Shown here: in pieces, positions 53,751 to 64,000 of the stretch | Layout: every line of letters begins with the position of its first letter | Position numbering within the stretch: position 1 is the first letter of the stretch | DNA from: Eledone cirrhosa | Lineage: Eukaryota | DNA: 64,000 nt | NCBI GenBank assembly: GCA_964016885.1 | Contig: OZ024742.1 | Coordinates: 178,126,001-178,190,000 of the forward strand | Direction: 5' to 3' | Made by a program: the position numbers and the translations under genes | Notes under the pieces: generated by a model | The model's database searches: none | What the model was told of the DNA's origin: nothing | The model's input: only the letters and a program-made list of their open reading frames with translations

Positions 53751-54262
53751 AACTAAACGCTCTTTTTATCAAACACAGACAAGGACATAATCCGAAATAG
53801 CTAATCAAAATTGCACAATGTATATTCATTAACGGTATAATCAATTAGATAACAAATATTTCAAATAATTATGCACAAGTCTACTTGTATTAAAAAATTC
53901 TAACATAAATTATTGCTTTCTTTAATGCTTTATATATAGTGTTTGGATTGTTTTAGCTAATTGCAGCTGTAGAGAACTCATTTTTTTTTTTTTCGTATTT
54001 TTATTTCTTTATTTTTTCTCTTTGTTTTGAAAGATTTTTAACCTAAAATCATATGTTGAAACAGATATTGTTATAACTAGGGAAGGTTATGTGGCCAAAA
54101 AGTAGTAAATAGATTAAAGTCAGATCAAAGAGGGGATACAGAAAAGTAAGAATAGTCATTGAGAGGGTCACATAATGTTTGACAAAAGAGCTTTCATAAT
54201 TAAGTATGACGATTAATCAACTATTCGATTACTAAACGAGGAATGGATTAGTTGCCTAACTA

Positions 54263-54456
54263 ATAATTATGTCTTATTTAGGCACAAGGTCAGCAATTTT
54301 GGGGGAAGGGAAATATCGATCAAATCGATCAATCCCAGTACTTAACTAGTACGTATTTTATCAACCCCGGAACGATGAAATGCAAAGTTGACCTCAGTGG
54401 GATTTGAACTCAAAACGTAAAAAATCGTAACTAAATACCCCCAAAGTATGCTGTCC
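54263..54456 (-). mobile_element. SINE family 1, diverged
   Basis: Conserved body and B-box (gggatttgaactc on +). Confidence 0.75.
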
Positions 54457-55358
54457 CATGTTACTCAACTAATAATAAAGTTACTTAACTAATAAAGCTG
54501 AAGTGAACTCCAACTGGTACGTGTGTTTTTAATGGCAACATGACCCTCCCAAAGTATAGCAATATTTATTTATTCTTATTTATACATGCGTACATTTTTA
54601 CATATTTATTTAATGTTACACACAATGGCAAACGTAGACTTCCAAAATTACCCATCATATGACGGGTAACACTATAGTTTATAAAATATTCACTGTTAAC
54701 TTAATTCGGGTTTTATGGGCTAAGATACTGCTGAAAACATGGTCGTGAACGAGTTTAACCGATGTATCAATCTCGCTTGAAATATCCGGATCCTATTTTA
54801 TATTATAGTTAAGTGTTTAGTATTAGGTAACCATACAACCGAATTATCATATCTCAATATGGTTAATTTTCTCCTGGAATGAGATTGCTTAATCTTAACT
54901 AATCAGACAATTAAATTGTCTAGTTTTATAAAGCCGGAAAAAGTTAGCCATCATTTTGTAAATTGTAAAAGTTAAGAAGACAATCCTACTATAGATTAGA
55001 TGCGAAATAACTGAGAATTTATATCTATTTGGCGTGTTTATATAGCATTGAAACCAAACCTTGTTGTTTAGAAAATAACATTAAATGATTAACAATGAGG
55101 TAATTAGTTTCTGTGAATAGCAATCTAGATTGTTGTCTAATGTGCACACACACATTCACACACACACTCACACATACAAATACATGTGTGTATGTGTGGG
55201 CGGTTGCGTGTGTTTGTGTACGTCTGCGTATCAGTATATGGCTCTCACTGTATATATGTGTAGTTATTGCCATGTGGCGAATTAATTGAGTCGATAGAGT
55301 GGAGGTCACCGACTATTCACCATTTTGAGGCCGATAAATAAAGTACCAACCAGTATTG

Positions 55359-55392
<34 letters not shown>

Positions 55393-55421
55393 CGCTCTCT
55401 CTCTCTATATATATATATATA

Positions 55422-55568
55422 AGTGTATACCGGGTTCAATAGGGGGGGGGGTAACCACAGTAAGTAAGGTACTCAATATATAGCAGAGTATAAATATTTA
55501 ATATAGAAATGGCTTGTACAGGGTTAGAAATATTTCAGTTCTAGTCCTGTAGAAGCCATTTCTATATT
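55422..55568 (-). mobile_element. Small fold-back element between (TA)n tracts
   Basis: Hairpin aatatagaaatggcttgtacagggttagaa / ttctagtcctgtagaagccatttctatatt at 55500-55568. Confidence 0.65.
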
Positions 55569-56362
55569 ATATATATATATATATATATTTCCCCCCTCTC
55601 TTTCTCCTCTTTCCTCCTCCTCCTCTCTCTCTCTCTCTTTCTATCTATCTATCTATGTATCTATTTCTTTCTCTTTCCCCTTTCTCTCTACCTATTTATC
55701 TAACGCTTTTTCTAAGGTATGTAATTCAAATAGTCCAACATTGTCCTATCACGTCACGATGTTTTAAACTAAAAATGTCTAACAACAGTACATGTGTCTG
55801 TGGAATACTCAATAATTTAAGCGTCAATTTGTTGTTTTTGTTGTTGTTCTTTTTGTTTTTACAAATAGAAATTCAGTAGCTTGAGCTGCTAAGTGCTCAT
55901 CGTCGGGAGTTTCGGAGAACCTACCTTTATATTGCAGTTTTAAATAGAATGGAATGGACCTCCATCGCTTTGTTTCAGTTGGTCTTTCCATTACTGATAC
56001 TATCTGATGGTCACATCCTCTAGCAGAAAGGAACGGGATTTGAACTCCGAACTGACAGAGCCAGAACAGATACCACGAAGTACATATTCTCTTCAACTCT
56101 TTAATAAGTACACAAGAATTTGTACTTTATTTATAGAACCGTAAAGCTGAAAGGCAAAGTTGACCTCGGCGGGATTGGAACTGAGAGCACAAATTGCCAG
56201 AACACTTATCGAGGAAGTGTATATATGTAAGGACCTATAACTCCTGATGGATTCATAGGAGCACAGTAGTGGTAAAACCGGTTTGAGGAGAAATGTTAAA
56301 CCTGGCGGAGCCCATTTTCTCTCCATGTCTGAATACAGGGCAGGAAAGAGTATGGTGTAGAG

Positions 56363-56569
56363 CAGACATGTGGAACATGCGGCCCGCAGGCCCCATGCGA
56401 CCCTTTGCAAGCACACCTGCGGCGGCCCTCACAAAGGTTTTTACAAGGCGAGCATGTTTTATCGTCGTAAAATTAGTTGTAATGTGCCAATTAGTTATCG
56501 TGTGTGGCCCTCAGATAACACATATATGACCCATGTGGCCCTTGGGAGACCCTCAGTTTGACATGCCTG
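56363..56569. mobile_element. hAT (Charlie-like) MITE
   Basis: TIRs cagacatgtggaac / gtttgacatgcctg; subterminal g(c/t)ggccc repeats; 8-bp TSD gtgtagag / gtatagag. Confidence 0.8.
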
Positions 56570-57093
56570 GTATAGAGGAAGTGAGAAAGATATATAGAGG
56601 AAGAATTGGCTCCAGTACTGGACTGCTATTTTTTATCGACCTCGAAAGCATGAAAGGTAAATTTGACATCAATGGGATTTGGACTCAGGGCACAGAAAGC
56701 TGGAACGAATGTCGTAAAGCATTCTATCCTATGTTCTATTGGAAAAAAAAAATTAAATTTTAAAAAAAAATTAAATTTTTAAAAAAATTAAATTAAAAAG
56801 AAAAGAAAATTTAAAAAAAAAATTTTTAAAAAAAGAAAAGAAAATTAAAAAGAAAGTTCTATTGGTTCTGCGAGTTTACTGCCTACCGAAGTATTCAATC
56901 TATAGTAATAACCAAAATACTACGCTGTACTTTGGAACGAGTCTCCTGGTAGAAAATGAACTGTTTAACAAACGATTCAGCCATCATGGCTGCATTCCCA
57001 ATTTAAAAGCACATCTCGGATATGTTTTGTTTCTTTCTTTTTGTTAATAACATAGAATGTGTGTATGTATATATATATATGTGTGTGTATTTT

Positions 57094-57145
<52 letters not shown>

Positions 57146-57197
57146 CACACCCATGAATATATATATACAGATCTATACATGTCTGTGTGTGATTGAT

Positions 57198-57264
<67 letters not shown>

Positions 57265-58271
57265 ATATATATATACAATACTTTCTTCAATGCTTTAGTT
57301 AGGTTCATTTTCTTAATGTAGAAATCAATAGTACATCAGACAAGTGTAAACAGTAAAAGAGAAATTTTAAAATGTATGTCCAAAATGTTTTCAAAATGTT
57401 TCGCAAGATAAATAATTATAAAAGATATGTTGGGATTCAGTGCATTGTGTTACACTTTTGCAAACAGCAGACACATTTATCAAAATATCTGAAATGATTG
57501 TCTTAAAATATTCAATAGATTTTAATTTATTTGCTGCACAAAAGCAATCTTGAGAAATATAAATGTAAAGTTAATTTTCAAAAAGGGGGAGAACAACAGC
57601 GATAAAAAACGGAAAATATCCCATTTATAAAAAATATATAAAACATAAAAAGTATATAAAATATACTAAAAATATATATATATAAATTATAAAAATATAT
57701 AAAATATAAATAAAAAAGAAATCTTTCATCTTATTGTTCCAAAACTTGAAAGGAAATTAAAGAAAAATGCAACAGTGTATGAAATATAAAATGCTAACCA
57801 ACAAAACAGTTTAGTAAAGCATCAGCAAAAACATTTAAACTGTGTTTCATGGTAAAATTGTCACAATTTCTGCTGTTCAGACCTTTGCCAGCTAATCTAC
57901 CTAATGTACACAAACCTCTGCTAAAATGGAGTGAAAGTAAAGCAAGAACATACACATAACAAGAAGAAAAAATATCTATTAAAACTAAAGTGACATTGTT
58001 GGTGGTTTATCAATGATTAAAAAAAAACAAAAAAGACAAAATTTTATTATTTTCATTCCATTTATTTGAAGAGATAATTCTTCTCGATGTTTGTGCTAAA
58101 TTTCACATTGAATATTTAGTGGCGCTAGCGAGGAACAATTAGAAACAGTGGAATGGAATGGAATGGACCTCCATCGGTTTCGACGATGAGTGTTCCACAT
58201 CCGTGCTACAACACATGTAGAAGCGTGTTTGAAAACTCAAGCGATCGCTACACTCGAGCGCGAGTGATATG

Positions 58272-58344
<73 letters not shown>

Positions 58345-58364
58345 GTGAGGTTTTTTTACAAAAT

Positions 58365-59525
58365 GAAAAATAACCGAGGTGTCCTACACGAGTGACAGTA
58401 TAAAGAAAAAGAGATGAAATCGAAAATGCAACTGGAGTCTTATTTTTTTTTAAATATATATATTTATTTGGTTCCTTTACCGGTTTTGCAGTTCTTCTGC
58501 TTTTCAAAAGGTGAGTTGAGATGGAGGGTCTGTGGTTTTTCTCACATCTGGTTGGTCTCTGAATGTTACTTGTTTTATATGGAAAAAGTGGCTCGAAATG
58601 CCAGGGTTTTCGAGAAGTAATTTGATTGGTTTGTCAATAATTATAATAAATTTTGCGCCAGTTCGCGTTACAATAGTTCTTCAAATAAGAGGGGGGGGGT
58701 TGTCACAGGTTGTTTTTTCATATATGAGTGTTTGAATTTCTTTTTACTTTCAAGTAAAAAGAAATTCAAACACTCATATATGAAAAAACAACCTGTGATA
58801 ACCCCCCCCCCCTCTTGGTAGGTAACCAATTAAAGTTTAACAAGAACTTCAAATATAGATACCTTTTTAAATGATTAATCTCCTTTGTATATATTTCTTT
58901 AAGTAAAAGATATATTTCACCAATTAATCAGTAAATTACAGTAGTCAAATCCTAACATTCTTTACAAATTATTCCCTGTGATTGTTCCATATGTTTATTT
59001 TATATATATATATGTCAATCTATTTCTAGTTGATATGAAATGCTCGGATCTATTCATTGGGGTCTTTGAGCTTATTCTACAGTGGATATGGCGCATGTCT
59101 CTCAGACATGACAACTCTTAATTTAATTTTGGATATATATATATATATATATATTTAATATGTGTGTGTATATATATATTATTATTATTATATATATATA
59201 TATATATATATATAAGAACTTTGGAATACGAACTGGTGCGAGATGTATTGTACTTATGGACGTGACAGTCATCAACCAACCAAATTAGTTTTAGAAAAAA
59301 ACAGCAATTCGACCACTCTTTGCACATAAAACAGAAATAACTTTCGAACACGAATCAGGTGCGAGACAAACCACAAGCCCTCCATCTCAACTTTACTTTC
59401 GAAAAGCATAAGAACTGTGAAACCGGTAAAGGAAATAAATAAATATTCCTAAAAAGACACCAGTTGCATTTTCGATTTCTTTCCCTTATACTTTCACCCG
59501 TGTAGGACATCTCATTTTTTTATAA
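58365..59525. mobile_element. Diverged inverted-repeat pair with degenerate HHR, enclosing younger repeats
   Basis: ~58365-58553 is the reverse complement of ~59352-59520; ..GAAA-ccgg-TA-aagg at ~59419-59433. Confidence 0.7.
58687..58816. repeat. Near-perfect palindrome, ~63-bp arms, 2-nt loop
   Basis: Read directly. Confidence 0.92.
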
Positions 59526-59568
59526 AGAAGAACCTCATTTTCCTATATTTTCATATATATATATATAT

Positions 59569-60159
59569 ATGCCGCTAGAGTTAGTTGAGTACTTCCTGTA
59601 TCTGGGAGTAAACATTGGGAATACAGCGGATGATGTGGTTGAGAGGAAGAGCGAAGCCTGGGTGACGTGCCACAGCTTGAAATCGGTGTGGAAATCGGAC
59701 CTTCGTAAATATCTGAAGATCCGTCTCTTCGTTGCTATAGTGGAGTCTGTGCTACTGTACGGGTCTGAGACGTGGACACTGACCAAGAAACTCACTCAGA
59801 TGGTGGATGGGTGCTACACGAGAAGGCTGAGTATGGCCCTGAACATTAATAATTATATACCGAGGATGAAAAACTCAGAGCTATATGGGAGCCTGCCAAA
59901 TGTCACCTCCAAAGTAACACAGAGGAGTCTAAGGTTAGTTGGACATTCTCACCGACATTCAGAATTGACACTGCACTCAGTGCTCCTGTGGGACCTCCTA
60001 CACGGACACACTCGAAAAGGGAGACCGAGGTTGACATATATTGATGCCCTAAGGACAGACACTGGTCTCTTGGAAACGCGGGATATTGCGGTGATGATGA
60101 AAGACAGAGACCACTGGAGAGAACTCGTCCATGGATCTCGGAAATTTTACCCGTCTTAG
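59569..60159 (+). mobile_element. 5'-truncated RTE-X-like LINE ORF2 C-terminus inside a (TA)n tract
   Basis: 196 open codons: [60 protein letters not shown]. Confidence 0.9.
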
Positions 60160-60262
60160 ATATATATACACACACACACACATATATATATACATATATA
60201 TATATGAGTGTGTGTATATGTATATATATATATGAGTGTGTGTATATGTATATATATATATA

Positions 60263-60304
<42 letters not shown>

Positions 60305-60305
60305 G

Positions 60306-60487
60306 TAATAATTGTTTCTACTTTGGGCACAAGGTCAGCAATTACTGGTGCATTACTGGTACTTTATTTTATCGACCCCATAAGGATGAAAGGTAAAGTT
60401 AACCTCGGCGGGATTTGAACTCAGAATGGCAAAGGCCGTAACTCAATGCGTCAAAGCATGGTGTCCGACCCTCTACCGAAACTGCCA
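60306..60487 (-). mobile_element. SINE family 1
   Basis: Close match to 12606-12790. Confidence 0.88.
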
Positions 60488-60565
60488 GTATATATAAGTA
60501 TGGACGAGATGTTAAATTATCATTATTTTATTCAGGTGTGTAGCGCGTTTCACGATTATCAGCTA

Positions 60566-60673
60566 AAGGTTCGATATCAATCGATTGGGCCCGACTCTGG
60601 AATCAAAAGCTCATGAGACCTCTAAGGATCTTTTGATTCTAGAGTCGGGCCCGATCGGTAGAGCTAGAACCTT
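60566..60673. repeat. Inverted repeat with HHR-like flanks
   Basis: cgattgggcccgactctggaatcaaaag / cttttgattctagagtcgggcccgatcg. Confidence 0.75.
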
Positions 60674-61850
60674 GAACTGATCAATCGGGAAAATGGAAAC
60701 TAAGCATCGAGTGGTCATTTTGGTCAACCGACAGTAACTTGATGTTACAATCCCTAAATATATATATATATATATATATCTTTCTGCCACTCATTTTCTC
60801 TTTCCATATTCTCTTTATGTTTATGTGTGTGTGTGTGTATATCTGTGTGTGTGTGTATGTTTGTGTGTGTGTGTATGTGTGTGTATGTGTGTGTGCGTGC
60901 GTGTGTGTGTGCGCGCGTGCACGTCTGTAGGAATGTAGGTATTGAAAGTGGAATTGCCAGGAAGAGTGGGCAGCTAAGGAGAAATAACATTCAATGAGTA
61001 TTAAGCATGTGCGTATATATAGAGAGAGATTTATAGAGAGAGAAAGAGAGAGAGAATGTATATAGAGAGAGGGGGAGAAAGAAAGAAAGAATGAATGAAA
61101 GAAAGAAAGAAAGAATGAAAAAAAAAGAAAGAAAGAAAGAAAGAAAGAATGAAAACAAAAAGAAAGAAAGAAAGAAAGAAGGAAAATGAGTGAATGAATG
61201 AGAGTAAAGTAAGCAGATGTCAAAGTTATATCAAAGTCTTTGTGACCATGCTTAGATAAGATATAACAATTATATCAACAACAATAACGTTAACAGTAAT
61301 GTTGTCTCTGAGGTCAGCAGCTTACACTGCACTAAACATATTGCAATTTTGAACAAGAGGATATCTTGGAACAATAGAAGAACATGCTGAGTGGAAAGTA
61401 CTTGAAATAAAACCAGATAAAGAATCCGGGAGAAACTCAGAAATTGAAACTTGTTGACAAGAATGTGGTGTAAATATTTCAATTTTACACAATTGTCGAA
61501 ATAATTACAATTTGGTGCATCAAAGAAAATATTGATCATGTTTAGATGAATGGTTTCAGCTATGAAATATTTATAATAATTTAATAATTTCGTTAGAATG
61601 TTTCTTAACCATTTCTTAACCATTCCGTTAGTTTATTTCTAATCAAACACAATTTATTTGCATTAGTTATTGAATTAGATGATGAAGAATTTAGAGAAAT
61701 TTACTCAAGTTATTAATTATTTCATTATTAAAATAACATTTATAACATAACTTAACACAACTAAAATTATATTTGAAGATTTTAATTTAAATACAAATCC
61801 TTTAAAATGTGTGGTTTTCTTTCATAGAACAAGAGTTAGATTTGGGGTAA

Positions 61851-62281
61851 ATTGGTGATTAGGAGTGATAGAGTATTGATTTATCAATTAAAAGTAGTTA
61901 AGACGGGGTTAGTTCATCAGTTGCTCATACAATAATAGGTGAAGTTATGCAATCATGAGGATATGTCCCTGGTCAGGTAATCCCATCCTGTTGTCATGAC
62001 AGCATGTAACAGAAATAATATATATCATGCAATAAAGCAATGATGGTGACGTAACCCTGTCTTAAGTACTTTTAATTAATAAATATATATATATATATAT
62101 ACGTAGCCGATTTCTCAGACTTTTACGAAGCAGTGAGGGGATAAAGATAGGGGATGAAGACCCTTAAAGACGGAAAAGAAAGTTGCCATCGGCCACTACG
62201 AGGAATCGAACGCTGTATCTTCCAAATACCGGTTACCTATATATATAAATATACCGGCTGGAACAGGTAAAAGAGTAAAAG

Positions 62282-62342
<61 letters not shown>

Positions 62343-63084
62343 ATGTATGTAAATAGAGAGAAAAAGACGATTATTAAGAAGAAAGATATATTTTTTTACT
62401 TTATTTTTTTCTTTTTTTCTGGGTTAGAAAATGTTTAAAACAAAATATTTTACTTTGTGTGAAGTGTTAAGGTATTAGTTAATTAGTTAATTTATTTATT
62501 AATTAACAATGGCATTTATTTATTTATTTATTTATTTATATATTTAATAATTGTCTATTACCGGTTTCAGCATTTTATGTATTATCAAAGGGAGCAATTT
62601 GTATTGGTATAAAATGTAGGAGAGAAGATAAGGTGATGTTGAACATGTTAAGGAAATGGGAAAGAAAGAATAATATTATTTACAAACAAGGTTTTTGAAG
62701 TAAAAAGAAAAAAGAAAAAAGGGAATGATGTGGAACATGATAAGGTAATAGGAAAGAAAGAATAATATATATATATATATATTAATTAATATATTTATTA
62801 ATTAAAGTAGTTAAGACAGGGTTACGTCACCGTCATTGCTTTATTGCATGATATATATTATTTCTGTTACATGCTGGCATGACAACAGGATGGGATTACC
62901 TGACCAGGGACATATCCTCATGATTGCATAACTTCACCTATGATTGTATGAGAAGCTGATGAAGTCTCATGCATAACAATATAACAGAAATATATATCAT
63001 GCTATAGAGCAATTATGGTGAAGTAACCCCGCCTTAACTACTTTTAATTGATAAATGAATACTCTGTCACTCCTAATCACCAAC
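61851..63084. mobile_element. Two oppositely oriented copies of one fold-back element (61851-62090, 62788-63084)
   Basis: ~62790-62962 is the reverse complement of ~61912-62088; each copy has its own terminal inversion; CTGATGA..GAAA remnant at ~62956-62999. Confidence 0.75.
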
Positions 63085-63209
63085 TTTTAGCTGGGATAAA
63101 TTACTGACATGAAGTGCTTTTGGATCGTTTGACCCGGCTTATCATTGCGACATTACAGTGTAACATCCATGTATAAGCACCTTATCTTCTGCAACTATAT
63201 ATATATATA

Positions 63210-63645
63210 TATATCAGGAAAATAAGAAAAACAGTAGCAAATGCTAATGGGATTTTCTCATAGAATAACAGCAAAACATGTTTCTTCTTCTTCTTCTTCT
63301 TCTTCTTCTTCTTCTTCTTCTTCCTGTACCACTTCCACTACTACTACTGCAATTGTAGTCAACAACTAGTCAGACAATAACAAGGAACTAACCAAGGAGG
63401 GCAGAGAGAGAACGTGATACAGGAAAATGTAAACTATGTTCTTATACCCTCTTCTTATTAATATACACCTTAATTTTATTATACACTTTTTAATCATATT
63501 TCCTGTAGCACGAAGAAGCCTAAACAACTTGTGACTGAAACCGGTACGGTTAATTGGCTTTGTTAAATAAATGTTTTGCTGTTATTCTATGTGAAATTCC
63601 CTTTAGAATTTTCTACTGTTTTTCTTATTTTCCTAATATATATCA
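63210..63645 (+). mobile_element. Fold-back element with degenerate HHR
   Basis: Arms ~63210-63282/63568-63643; CGAAGA-agcc..gact-GAAA-ccgg-TA-cggtta at ~63505-63553. Confidence 0.7.
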
Positions 63646-63648
63646 ACT

Positions 63649-63749
<101 letters not shown>

Positions 63750-64000
63750 ATAAAAAAAGATCGATATAAAAAAAAGTACCAGTACTTACTGGTGTCAATT
63801 CTTCCACTATAGAAAAAATCGGCTGTTCAGACCTGGAGAGGGTTGTGCCCTAGACACACCGTACGACGTTGCCTCTACGACTCCACAAGGGGTTATGGGC
63901 TCTTTATCCTTTATCCTATATATAGAGTTTACGAAAGTCACTGATATTATTTCACCGATCTTCTTGTAGTTGTGAAACTGCATTTCATAATAGTTATATA

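Noticed and set aside
57790-57950. Possible minus-strand host exon after a polypyrimidine-AG
   Set aside because: No recognisable peptide or partner exon; cannot be supported without RNA data

Overview
AT-rich, repeat-saturated eukaryotic DNA, probably intronic or intergenic. The tRNA-derived SINE families suggest an octopod cephalopod (inference). No host protein-coding gene can be supported, and almost all ORF-track entries are microsatellite artefacts. Recognisable content: two Penelope-like retroelement (PLE) remnants with GIY-YIG domains and inverted pseudo-LTRs, a decayed Helitron RepHel, three RTE-type and one L1/Tx1-type LINE fragments, many SINEs, hAT-type MITEs, an 8-kb 46-bp pyrimidine-rich satellite with a 318-bp higher-order repeat, a 38-bp minisatellite, and a tRNA-Arg-like gene with a UCA anticodon. 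The dominant unexplained pattern is a dozen or more mostly unrelated short non-coding elements with one architecture: (TA)n - inverted arm - body - sense arm plus unique 3' tail - (TA)n. Most carry an intact or decayed minimal type I hammerhead ribozyme (HHR) core, which points to a dense population of (TA)n-associated, ribozyme-bearing fold-back mini-PLEs. All calls were made by eye, without database searches.
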